Positions 1 through 11,950 of a DNA stretch of 64,000 nt are shown one piece after another. The first letter of the stretch is position 1, and every line of letters starts with the position of its first letter. Origin of the DNA: Eutreptiella sp. 'Long Island Sound 2002'. Lineage: Eukaryota; Protista; Euglenida. A program made the position numbers and the translations under genes. The stretch spans positions 176,266,001-176,330,000 of the forward strand of contig OZ038378.1 in assembly GCA_964036045.1 (NCBI GenBank), given 5' to 3'. A model generated the notes under the pieces. The model worked only from the letters and a program-made list of their open reading frames with translations, had not been told where the DNA came from and did no database searches.

Positions 1-1576
1 GCCCGGGTAGCCGCGGCCACCACGCCTCACGGAGGCAGCGTAGTGCACAACGTGGAGGCACGAGCACCAACACCAGCCAAACACCCAACACCCAGGGTGG
101 GGGCCAGACCCACCACACGGGCACTTCACCCACACACAGCCACCGCCCCCGCAAACAAGGCACGCACGTGGAGCACCACCAAGAGCCCAAGACCCCACAC
201 CCCAACGCTAACACGGCACCCACCACACACGCAACAACCAAGGCCACACTTACACACAACATAGAAGGGATGCTTCCCTGATGCACTCCCGGGATCCATC
301 ACCATCCCGACCACACCGGGAGGGGAAGGCAACCCAAAACTAAGTAAGGGGGTCGCCCCTGCGGGGGGTTGGCAGCCGGCTACGCGGTTGTCCATTGGGC
401 GGCGACCTTAAACATGTACTGCCCGCGAGCAGCTAAGTTCTGTCACCAGGGCCTAGTGCAGGGGCCTTGGGCACGCTTATGAGACACAACGTCCAAACGA
501 TTGGTGGTCACTGCACACGACCAACCAGGGGGTGGACTCACACCAGCCCCTTGCTCCGAGGCGTGGACAGCCCGAGGTGAAGTCCTCAAACGGGGAGCCC
601 CTCAGCAGCCCAGAAAGCAAAAGAGCAACAACACCACTGACAGGTCATTTTGTAGATTTGGAGACCTGTGCAAAAGTGCCCGGTGCCCTTGGCACCACCC
701 AACTGCGAGTGGGACAACCCGACAGCCGCAATGGGATGCAGGGAGCGACATGCTACCCCCCCCCCCCCCCCGGCACCGCACACCAGAAGCAGTGAGCGTG
801 CCAGCAGAAAAAGAAAGAGCCCGAAACTGGGAGAAACGCATGCAGCAAAACAACTGGGCTCGAGGCCGCCCACACACGGCAGTGAGACGAGCCCCAACAG
901 GACACACAACAAGGCGCAAGGGAACCATGAGGTGCGAGCACTGCAGCAACCACCAAATGCAGCGCACGCCGAGCGAGCCATCAGCAAACACCCCCCCTCC
1001 CTCTACAAGGTGCCCACGTACTCCACAAGGGCGGGGGCTGCGCCCGCGCGCCGGGAGGTGTGCGCCACGGGGCTGGCAACAGGGCCATGAACAGCCAACC
1101 GCGCATGGGACAGTCCACATTGTACAGAGATGTGAAATCCTCGTGCGGGGGGGCAGGCGTGTGGGACAGGAGGGGGTGCGCGACATGGGCAACCAGGAGC
1201 GCCACCAGACAAGGGGAGGAGCAACACAGACACACAAAACGCGGGAGCCACACCAAGGGGGACAAGGGCGGGCACACCTGACAAGGAGGAGGGGCACAGC
1301 AAGGCAGGAGAGGCTCCCAGAACAGCGGGAACAGGGAACCAGAATGGAGCGAATGGTGGAGTTTGCGCATGGGAGGCAGCGACAATAAAGGGGATGGCTT
1401 GGCCAGCTAGCCCCGTTGCTACCGGGTGCCAAGGCAACCCCTGCTCAATTGGCATCAGGTGGGGGGTGTCTCCCGCGCCCGGATGGGCTGTTTGCGCAAC
1501 AGGAGCGGGAGCCCATCAGGGGGCAGACCAGCCCTGAGGGGGAAAAGGACACGCAAACGGCACACCATGCCACATT

Positions 1577-1612
1577 CAGCACAACCCCAACACACCAACT
1601 ACTGGGCTCCGC
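1577..1612 (+). repeat. Interspersed repeat segment shared with 63960-63995
   Basis: cagcacaaccccaacacaccaactactgggctccgc here versus cagcacaaccccaatacgccaactactgggcgccgc at 63960-63995. Confidence 0.7.
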
Positions 1613-1851
1613 GAACGCGGAAACGACACCAGCAAGAGCACCGGCCGCAACGGCCGACAAAAAGCAGCGACCCGACACAACATGCGAAGGGAAGAACGGC
1701 TGACCGTCCAGGAGCAACAACCAGACGGAATGTCACACAGGGGGTTAGAGGGCACTGGTCAGGTCAGGTCAGGTCAGGTCAGGTTAGGGGTGGCACTGGA
1801 CTCAGTGGACAGGGAGGACATGGGTGAGGGGGGCTCCACGTGTATGTTGTA

Positions 1852-2005
1852 ATTTTTTTTGCAGTAAATGCGTGTAACAAAAAAATCGTCCAGTCGTGTA
1901 ATTTTTTTTTGCGGTAAGTTGTGTAAGCCCGCCACACGCATTACCGCAAAAAAAAATTACACGACTAGACGACTTTTCTGTACACGCGTTTACCACAAAA
2001 AAAAT
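1852..2005. repeat. Imperfect inverted repeat (about 65-bp arms), MITE-like
   Basis: 1852-1917 (aatttttttt..gtcgtgtaattttttttgcggtaa) pairs with 1941-2005 (ttaccgcaaaaaaaattacacgac..). The gcggtaag(c/t)tgtgtaa motif recurs near 38160 (reverse) and 42558. Confidence 0.65.
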
Positions 2006-2129
2006 TGGACGATTTACCGCAAAAAAAATTACACAATGTAACGATTTTCTCCTACACGCATTTACCGCCAAAATTAAAAGATTACACGACCTTACCGCAA
2101 AGAAACAATTACCAATTTTACTGAAAATG

Positions 2130-2398
2130 AATGCCTGTAGGTGATGTGCCCACCTGTGGGCCACTTCTGATTTTTTCCCCATGCTTGGCATTGGGGACCC
2201 CCGAGAATGGGGTGACGTAGCAGTTCCGCCCTCTTCTAGGACCCCCAGAAGGCAAGGGTGGGGTAACCACTTCTGATTTTGTCCCCCTTTGTTTGGGGAT
2301 CCCCGAGAATGCAGGGGTGACGTAGCATTTCCGCCCTCTTTTGGGCCCCGGAGAAGGCAGGGGTGGGGCAGCCACTTCTGATTTTGTCCCCCTTTGCA
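2130..2398 (-). repeat. Variant subfamily of the 80-85 bp satellite
   Basis: Units with ctgattttgtcccc and ggggatccccgagaatgcaggggtgacgtagc; closely matches the block at 54490-54762. Confidence 0.75.
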
Positions 2399-2439
2399 GG
2401 GCGGTCCTTAAGGAACCTGATTTTTTTTTGTTAAGGTTA

Positions 2440-3403
2440 GGTTAGGGACTTGCAATCCACGCTTTGTTGCGTGGCCCCTTGAGTTGGGGTTAGGGACTCG
2501 CAATCCACGCTTTGTTGTGTTGCCCCTTGAGTTGGGGTTAGGGACTCGCAATCCACGCTTTGTTGCTTGGCCCCTTGAGTTGGGGTTAGGGACTCGCAAT
2601 CCACGCTTTGTTGCGTGGCCCCTTGAGTTGGGGTTAGGGACTCGCAATCCACGCTTTGTTGCGTGGCCCCTTGAGTTGGGGTTAGGGACTCGCAATCCAC
2701 GCTTTGTTGCGTGGCCCCTTGAGTTGGGGTTAGGGACTCTCAATCCACGCTTTGTTGCGTGGCCCCTTGAGTTGGGGTTAGGGACTCTCAATCCACGCTT
2801 TGTTGCGTGGCCCCTTGGGTTGGGGTTAGAGACTCGCAATCCACGCTTTGTTGCGTGGCCCCTTGAGTTGGGGTTAGAGACTCGCAATCCACGCTTTGTT
2901 GCTTGGCCCCTTGAGTTGGGGTTAGGGACTCGCAATCCACGCTTTGTTGTGTTGCCCCTTGAGTTGGGGTTAGGGACTCGCAATCCACGCTTTGTTGCGT
3001 GGCCCCTTGAGTTGGGGTTAGGGACTCGCAATCCACGCTTTGTTGCGTGGCCCCTTGAGTTGGGGTTAGGGACTCGCAATCCACGCTTTGTTGCGTGGCC
3101 CCTTGAGTTGGGGTTAGGGACTCGCAATCCACGCTTTGTTGCGTGGCCCCTTGAGTTGGGGTTAGGGACTCTCAATCCACGCTTTGTTGCGTGGCCCCTT
3201 GAGTTGGGGTTAGGGACTCTCAATCCACGCTTTGTTGCGTGGCCCCTTGGGTTGGGGTTAGAGACTCGCAATCCACGCTTTGTTGCGTGGCCCCTTGAGT
3301 TGGGGTTAGAGACTCGCAATCCACGCTTTGTTGCTTGGCCCCTTGAGTTGGGGTTAGGGACTCGCAGTCCGTGCTTCGTTGCGTGGCCCCTTGAGTTGGG
3401 GTT
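2440..3403 (+). repeat. 48-bp tandem satellite containing GGGGTTAGGG, about 20 units, with a 432-bp (9-unit) higher-order duplication
   Basis: Unit ccccttgagttggggttagggactcgcaatccacgctttgttgcgtgg. Unit starts at 2475, 2907 and 3339 are 432 bp apart and the order of variant units repeats. Confidence 0.95.
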
Positions 3404-5237
3404 GTACCACCCCCGCTGCGTTGGGCCCTGACGCCTTGTGTGGCGTGGTGTGACGCGTTGGTTGTGACTGCGTTCCAACAACCCCTGACACATTGGGGCA
3501 CACATAAATGTGTGCGCGTGTGTGTTGACACATATCGTACGCCCTCCCCATCAGGATGTGTCATACACCCGATATGTTCAGACACATCATATCCACACAT
3601 ATTAGTGTGTGTGTGAAAATTTTTGGCTTATGCCTACTCCGCCCCCCCCCCTTCTCCCTATCAGAACACCCACCTCTCAGCCCGCCAAACCCACATGGGG
3701 CGCGCACAAACATGTTTCCTCAAGCCTGTTACGTGCCACATTCAAAGAAGCTTGGGGCCGCTCGCTCGGGTCTCCCTGGCTAACCCTCTTTGAATCTGCC
3801 ACTCTACGGGCTTTAGAGGTCATTCTTTCCAGAGGCCCCTCGCACTGGGTGATCAGTTGGCAACCCTAACCCTGCGTGCGCAAATGTGTGCAAATCCACC
3901 CCCAATGGGCCTTGCGACACACAACACACTTCGCTCGGCGTCGGGCCCGTGTAGCAATTGCCTCGATTGGGGCTGGGCCTCAACTGCTGCTACTATGAAT
4001 GGGGCTGTGCTGCTCCCCTAAACGCATGGTTGCCACACTTGGCCTTTGCTGCTTGCTGCTGCTTGGCACCTACACCAGCTCTTGCGTATTGGCTTCTTGC
4101 TGTGCCCCTGCCCCCCACGACTTCGCGGGCCAGCGCTCATTGTCAATGCGAAGGCTACTTAAAGCTGCAGGTGCCACCGCCCCCAAATCCCGTTGGCTGG
4201 TACCCCAGATTTCGGGGTCTCTGTCAGGCTGGGGACAATCCCAGGCAGCCCTGGGATGGGGGGGGGGGGGGGCAGCTTGGGCATGACTGCCAGTACCAGC
4301 GGGTGGTGGCATGATAGTGCCACTATCCTATCGTATCCTATCCTATCTTCACACACTATGTACCTCTACATTTGTATACTGCATTGTGGGATTATGCCAC
4401 CATTTTCTGCCTCTTGTTTGTAGTCCCCGGTCTTGGGCAAAGAGGGTGTATTCGTGTGGGTGGGGTGGGGTGGGGTGGGGGGTAAAGGGGGGAGGGGCTA
4501 ATAGCTGAAGGGTCAGAGAGCAGGTCACCTTTCGCCCTAAACCCATATACGGGCATTAGTGTATGTATGCTGAGTGTCAGAGGGACCGCCTGAAGGGGAC
4601 TATGTCTCCTCCAAGGCCTCACCATCAGGGATGCATTGGAAGCGATGGGGGGCAGATCGGGGAAGGGGTTGCTAAAACGGGTTCCAACACCGAAATTGCC
4701 CACTCACCACCGGACCCTGGAAAAAAATGGGGAAACGGGAGGAATCGAGGTGAAACGGGAGAAAAAACAACACTTATAATTTTTGTATAACATTTGTTTG
4801 ATTGTCACGCAAGTCACTCGCATGACACCCAAAGAAAAATTAGACAAAAAATGTAAGTGTGAGCGGGGGTGTCTTTTTTTTGAGTGCCAGCGTGAGTGTA
4901 CCCAAAAAAAAGTCAAAAGGCTTATTTTCGCTTCCAACCCTATTTCCGGGTTATTTAGCCATTGTGGCCCAAGCAGAGGCCTTAAGGAACCCATTTTCTT
5001 TGTTATGCCCACTTGTGAGACACCGCTGATATTGTCCCCCTCTGAAGCGTTGGCGACCCCCCAAACAGCAGGTGTTAAGGAGCCAATATGTCCACTTGTG
5101 GGCCACTTCTGATGCTGCCCGCCCAGCGTTGTATGCCCTGCAGTTCTCGTGCACATATCATCTGTGCTGTGCCCTGTCGTCGTTGTGGAGAGGATCCTGA
5201 GATTTCATTGCCTCGACACGTTCTGCCGTTTTCGCAG

Positions 5238-5338
5238 GGCGAGACCACGTCGTCGTCCCGTATCTTCATCAAAATTCTGTTTCAAGAACTCGCAGAAAAC
5301 ATGGGCTTAGTGAAGCTGAACGAACGCCTTCACGACAA
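5238..5338 (+). CDS. CWC22: Pre-mRNA splicing factor CWC22, internal exon (MA3 region)
   Basis: [33 protein letters not shown] matches the conserved CWC22 TSSSRIF.KI.FQEL segment; cag acceptor at 5235-5237, GT donor at 5339. Confidence 0.92.
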
Positions 5339-6750
5339 GTGTGTTCAGGAGGGTCGGAGGGTGAGGCGGAAGTTGATGTCACTGGACATTGCACCCCCTT
5401 CCGTCTGGCTTGATATCGCGGGCAGCGGGGCTGTGCCTGCGCGGGGCCGTAACACAGCTTCCTCATCGATGGTCCATACAGGCGGTCTTGTGGTGCTACG
5501 TGTGTCTGGTGTCATGTCTGTTGTGTCACGTGCCTTTGTTGGTCGACGTGGTTTGTGGGATTCAGTTTGGGGGCTGGGGGGCGAGTGGAATGTTTGCCCA
5601 ATTGCTCAGGATTGCCCTTTACTGCGCTCGTGGAGTTCGCTGCTGTGCCGGTGCTAACAGGCCTCACCTTCACACAGTCATTGCCAGACAATGAATTCCG
5701 GAGGGTGCTCTCCGCCAGTTGGGCAAGGGCCTGGGGTGGGGGGGGGGGGGCTGAACCAGAAAGATCATGGACCGGTCAATGCTGGATGTGCCCTTGTTCG
5801 TGATGGACGGGAATCATACGAACCGTGGACGGCTGATGCTGAGCACTGCAGCGTGGGGGCTGACTGTGCAAGTCAATGCGTGCCGTTCTTTTTGTTGGCG
5901 CCCACGCCACTGTACTCGATCGGACTTTTAAGAGCGGGGGGGTGGGGGGGGGCGGAGGTGCAATAGAGACCCGGAGAACTCCAGTCGCGGGGCTGACCTG
6001 ATCCGGACTGTTTGTCTCTCAGTATCGAGTTCGGCGCCGGAGGAGTAAGTTTTACAAAAGGGGGTCAACAGCGGTCAAACGATGGGCCACTGAACTCCAC
6101 ACAACTGATGACGTTCGCGGACCCCCTCGTCGCGCTGATTCCAAGAACGCCTCTGCACTTCTTCTGCACTTGATGATCCGGATCGCCTCCGGGGGCTTCA
6201 GTTAGAGCCCCTTGAGTGGGGCGCCGGGCTAATGATGAATTGAAAATTTGGGGGGAGGGCGACCCCTTTCGAGCCCCCGCTAAATTTTTTTGGGGGCGGG
6301 GCTTCAAGTACCACAAGCCTCTTTTCTCAGTCTGGGGGCCCTGCGCGGGTCCAAGGGCCAGTGGTATGTTCCTCAGCCAAAGGGCACCAGAAACGGGCTC
6401 CAACGGACATCCCTGCGTTTCTCAGCGCGGCACTACGTCGAGGGTTGAGGCTGCTGCAGGGCGCCGGCAAGGGCGCATTGAGGGGCTCCAAAGGCAGGGC
6501 AGCCCCTCAGATATCCACCGCAGAGAGCCCTGAGGGCAACTGGCCCTTGGGGCCTCCTGCCAAAAGGGGGGGGGGGGCTGGAGGCTGGAAAAGGGGCTCC
6601 AAGGCCCCCTGACCCCAAACTTCACTTTTCAGGAGCCCCGGCCCGAGGGCTGTACCGCTCCATCCCCCGCCATCGCATGACCGGGGCCCTTCGCGCCGGC
6701 TCGTCTCGTTTGCCCCCACCCCCTGACCCTGCCTATCCTGTGGTCCTCAG

Positions 6751-6852
6751 GTCACTGGAAGAGGCCTTCGATGGCCTGTTCCCCAAAGACAACCCAAAGA
6801 ACACGCGCTTCTCCATCAATTTCTTCGTCAGTATCGGTTTGGGTGGTCTGAC
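6751..6852 (+). CDS. CWC22: CWC22 internal exon
   Basis: [34 protein letters not shown] matches the CWC22 [20 protein letters not shown] motif; cag acceptor, gtatgt donor at 6853; joins in phase 2 (aa|g). Confidence 0.95.
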
Positions 6853-8549
6853 GTATGTTCTGCTGTTGGGGGGTGCTGGTGCTGGTGCTGGCGGTGTGCC
6901 TGGCCGTGGGCAGGCTCTGCATGACATTGAGTCACTTGTTACGGGCCTCGTCCCGAAGCGGGGGCGCTCTGGCATTTCTGCCGTCGCAGAATCGCCGTGG
7001 CACAACCTGTGGAATCGAACTTGAGATCTCATGACACGCACACTGACCACCCGGCCAAACCAGTTGCGTGAGGAAGGGAACCGAACCCAACCCAACGCAA
7101 TGGAACGTGGATCACCGTTCTGAATCTGCCGCCCCAAGGCCTCACCGCACCAGCCCACGGCTCCTCCCTGAGGTCCAGTGGACACTTCGTTTGCCTGGTT
7201 TATGGCTGAGTCATCCGATCGGTCGGATCATCTTGTGGCCCTCCCCGTTCACCTTTTCTTACTTTTCACCCGTCACCCTTGGCGACGCAAGCGCCAGGCC
7301 ATCGCCAAATTTGCAAGATACTGACGGTGAGCGAGGGGCACCACGGGGGTGTGTGAGACATAAAGGGGGGCGGTATGGAGGGGGCGGGGTCGTGGCAAGT
7401 GTCGCCGACTGGAAAATGTGTGCACGAGACTTGACTGCGTGACCACTCGCCATGAGTGAACAGGAAATTCCGCCAGACAGTCCGATGACCGACCCAAGCG
7501 CCCAGAGGGTTGTGGTATTGTCGCCGGCCTCGCGGTGTGGATGAAGAAACTGCTGCTCCCCACAGGCGTGGGGCTTGGGGGTCTTCAAGGCCGCGGGGCT
7601 AGTGGAACGCCTCTGTGCTTCCAAGGCTCCACATGCACTTGATGTACATGGCTGTAGACATGGGGGTTGGGGGTCCAAAGAGGCGCAACACACGGAACTA
7701 CACAACAATTTTAGCGTTTTTTGGAGTTTCTCTTGCATTTCTTGGAGTAGGGCCCTTTTTTCTCCTTTGAACGGCTATGGTTTTTCGAGGCCCATTTCAT
7801 TGGGCGCGTAGCTCCCTGGGCACAGAGAGTGAGGGGTTTCAGGCTGTTTGTGGGTCTCATCAAAGAGGTAACAAAAGCTGGAGAGAACAGGGGTAAAGAA
7901 AGGATGAAAGTTGATGGTGAGGTTTTGCAGAAGTCGGAAAACACGCTCCTTTGCCCATGGACCGGGACAGAGTGCCCTTGCTGCGTTGTATGTCACAAGG
8001 AGAGGCATTGGCGATGTGACGTCGATGCCTTGACCAATCCCCATCACCGCCCCCTATTTTGGGCTCAGCAATACCGACCGATCGCGCATTGGATGTTTGC
8101 GTGCCAAAACGGTGCCTGTTTATTGACCGGGTGACACGTACTCGACCTGTCCTCCTGCCCTCATGCCGCCCACTCGCTCCGACCCCACCGACGAGAGGGA
8201 CCCCTACACCTGCGTTGCACAGCAACTGGAGGCTGTTGGCTGCCTACCCCACATCTGGCGGCCCCAGTGTGGCACTCCCCCTGTCCTGCAGCGGGCACAG
8301 AGCCCCCAACACGTTGGAGGGCCATTACGGTGTGCCGCCCGGCATGCCCCTGTGCAGGTGCCCCCACTGCATGGCCCTTCGAGCGCAGCATGGGACTGGC
8401 TGAGCAGGACCCGCACACACGGGCACACACACACGGTGGGATCCCCCGTATCACGTCACTGCGAGGCCATGGGACGCACAGCAGTCGCCCCTTTGCAGCT
8501 GAACCGCTACCCCTCTGCTCCGTGTTACGCTGCACCGCCCGTTGTTCAG

Positions 8550-8729
8550 GGAGGAGCTGCAGAAGTGGCTGAAAAACAAGCCCAAAGAGATCATGATGCA
8601 GCAGCGCTTGGCGGCAGAACAGATGCTGCAGGCGGCCGAGTCCTCCTCCTCCTCCTCCGATTCCGACTCCGACTCTTCTTCAAGCTCCGGCTCCTCATCG
8701 TCGGAGTCCTCTTCTTCTTCCTCATCGAG
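8550..8729 (+). CDS. CWC22: CWC22 exon with Ser-rich tail
   Basis: EELQKWLKNKPKE..SSSSSSDSDSDSSSSSGSSS continues GGLT in frame (ac|g); cag acceptor at 8547-8549, gtacca donor at 8730. Confidence 0.88.
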
Positions 8730-10214
8730 GTACCACTTGTTGCGCGCCCCCCTCGCGGTCGGAGAGGAAAGGGACTGACAAATAGCACGGCCTGCACTCA
8801 CGAGGAACGTTCCCATGAGCAAGAACCTCCCACAGGCGTGCCCCAGCACCTTCGTCTTACAGCAACGGATCTTGTGCAGTCATTGTACACTTGCCTTCGG
8901 AGGTGCGCTCCGCTCGGGACAGACCCATATTTTGTGGCACTGGCGGAACACGGGGCTCCGAATTTCTTGGGCGCGTGTCATTTCGTTGTGGTCGCTGGCT
9001 TCGTGTTCCTCCACAGCCCCCCCCCCCCCCCCGCCCACGCACGCACTCCAGCCGCGTCTGGAGGTTCGAGCCACCTGGGGGACGGACCCAGCCGTTGGAA
9101 GAAGTGCTGAGCTTCACTGACCCAACAGCAAGAGAACTTACAAGCGACGAGACCGAAAGCATCGGGATTGAATGGCCCTGCCCTGGTGTTCGGGAGGGGT
9201 TCGGACGCAATGTGGGGGAAGCGACGGCCCAAACACACACGGCCGGCAAAAGAGCTCTACGACCCGTGACGGGCGCTTCAGCGCGGTTACCGTCCGGGCA
9301 TCATCACAGTACCATAGGAAACCCTCCGCTTACTGGGCGTTGCCATGGTGTTGCCATCCGGTGCCATCCTGCAGTCATCCGATCCCGTCCCATTGCGATC
9401 CCGCTAACCCGAAAAAAGTACCAACCAGAATGCCTGGGACCCCTGCTCGTCAAAAAGAAGAACGCAATGTTGCACGGCCGTGTGCCGTACGGCCGCGCTG
9501 TGTGTGTCGAGGTGCATGTTGACGGTGGTGTCTCGTTTTGGGGGGGGGGGGGTGAGGGGCAGCTGCATGTATTGGGCTGTGGGCCGTGCGTGGCTGTTTG
9601 TCTGCAGGCTGAGTGCTGCTGGGCTGTGCCGTGGAGGTGAGGGGCCAATGCTTTTGCGGTAGCGGGTCTCACTTGGCTGGCCCTTGTTGGTGTGTACGAC
9701 CAATGGCTTTGACTGCACTTTCGACAAAGACCCACAGCCCAACGCCCCAGTTCCTCACAACCGCCGCTTGTTGAAGGTCTTGTCTGCTGCTCAAAGCACC
9801 AGAGGAACGGAGTCCGGGGGGTCGTGGTGCCGCATCGCTGCGCACGCCGTGCCCGGCCACGCCCGATCTGTTTTGGCATGGGCCCAGCCCTGGGCCATCG
9901 CCCCCCCTTTTCACCCGCTGCCTTCCTCATCCACCCGACACCAATCCACAACAGTCAGCGTGCAGCCGACTTCGATTTGACAGAGCGACTGTTCAAAATG
10001 ATCATACGTCAACATGCATGACCGCGACCCGCGGGGCAGTCCGGTCATTGGCAGGCCTTCTGATACCCCTCAATGTTGTGCATGAGCGGATGCCCTGTGC
10101 AGATCGCTGGATGCCGGAGGTCAGACCTGCCTGACCTGATGTTGTCCATGAGACCGTGGGCGGGCTTCGAATCCCGTCCCGTGCGTGTGCGGTCTCTTCG
10201 GCCCTTTTTTTCAG

Positions 10215-10275
10215 CTCTTCGGATGATCGAAAGAAGCGGAAGAAGAAGAAGGACAAGAAAAAGAAGAAGAAGTAA
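10215..10275 (+). CDS. CWC22: CWC22 last coding exon (Lys-rich)
   Basis: ttttttcag acceptor; ag|c keeps the frame; SDDRKKRKKKKDKKKKKK then TAA at 10273-10275. Confidence 0.78.
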
Positions 10276-10496
10276 GCAGCCGCGGACATCGGGGGCTGCC
10301 GTGGCAACGCCATATCAGTTTACAATCGCTGCACGGGGGCGATGGGGACAGCGTCATCCGTGGGTTGTACTGTCCGTCTGTTTTTCGGGCCGTGCGTTTT
10401 GAGTCCGTAAAGTGTCTTGTGCTCGGGCGGCGTCACTTTGGGACCATTTCTGTTGTTCGGCCTTCGTACGTTCTGTTTGGGTCCATCTTGAGGTCC

Positions 10497-11080
<584 letters not shown>

Positions 11081-11619
11081 TTACAGATGTTTTAAGTTTG
11101 GGTGCATTCGGCGCTTTTCAGATGGATGGCCAGGCCTCCACATAGCCCCGTGCCCGCTAACCCCCACTGCAGACATATCATCGAAGACCAGGCACAGGCA
11201 GCGGTGGGACAGTGAGCTCATGCTGCAGCCGCTGCCATTGCTCCCGCTCCGGCTCGTTGTTCTTGAAAACGGTGGGCTGGATCCGCAATGAGTGGAGCTT
11301 GGGCCTGGGTGATCGGTATTGTACGCCTGCTGCTGCTACTGCTGCTGCTGTGTGTGTGGGCTGAGAGGTTGGGTTTGGCGAGAGCCCGTCACGGTCGGGT
11401 AGTCCGCCTGCCCAAGGCCCCTAAATGAGGAGCTCATACCAGATGGGGTGATGTGCCTGCCTGTTACTCTCATGTAGACTAGCGAAGCAAGCACAAGTGC
11501 ATTATCAATGGTGAAGGCCCGCATCTTGGGCAGACGGCCACACCTTCTAGAGGGTACACGGGGGTCTACGGGCGGTGGCCACCACCAGACAACTGCCCTC
11601 CTCGCAGCACGCGAGCCCC

Positions 11620-11950
11620 ATGACACATGACACATGTGACCAACCACGTAGCGAAAACACAGCTCCGACGTGTGTGGTCCAAATGGGGGTTTCAGCATTT
11701 TCTGAATAAATTTAGAGAGGTCTTTGGAGATGCTGTGCTCGCAGCCCGGTCCCAGACTGTGATGCAGGATTATTTTTTTTGTGCGTTTGGGTGCCTCAAG
11801 CAACCGTGGGCCTTGTCCACTGTTGCCTTACCTTTAGTGCTAGGGCACATGCACTGTGGCATTGTGTCACTCGATGCAGTGGTGACATGCATTCAGAGAC
11901 TGCAGCGTGAACATGCGATGGACACTTTTGGGGGACTGACAGGTACTAAG
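11620..11950 (+). mobile_element. Possible decayed EnSpm/Plavaka-like transposase C-terminal fragment
   Basis: P*HMTHVTNHVAKTQLRRVWSKWGFQHFLNKFRE loosely resembles the PKxHxxxH..W..FE pattern of these transposases; stops flank it. Confidence 0.25.

Noticed and set aside
476-498. Hammerhead-ribozyme-like cttatgag-gac..gtc-caaac
   Set aside because: Two mismatches in the invariant core (CUGAUGA, GAAA) and no convincing stems I and III.
501-1455. Long overlapping ORFs on both strands
   Set aside because: Low-complexity Pro/Arg/Gly translations with no recognisable motif; expected in GC-rich strand-biased DNA.
2440-3403. True telomere
   Set aside because: TTAGGG occurs once per 48-bp unit, is not a pure tandem array and is flanked by ordinary sequence on both sides.
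2408-3505. 315-365 aa repetitive ORFs
   Set aside because: By-product of a stop-free 48-bp unit divisible by three; no coding evidence.
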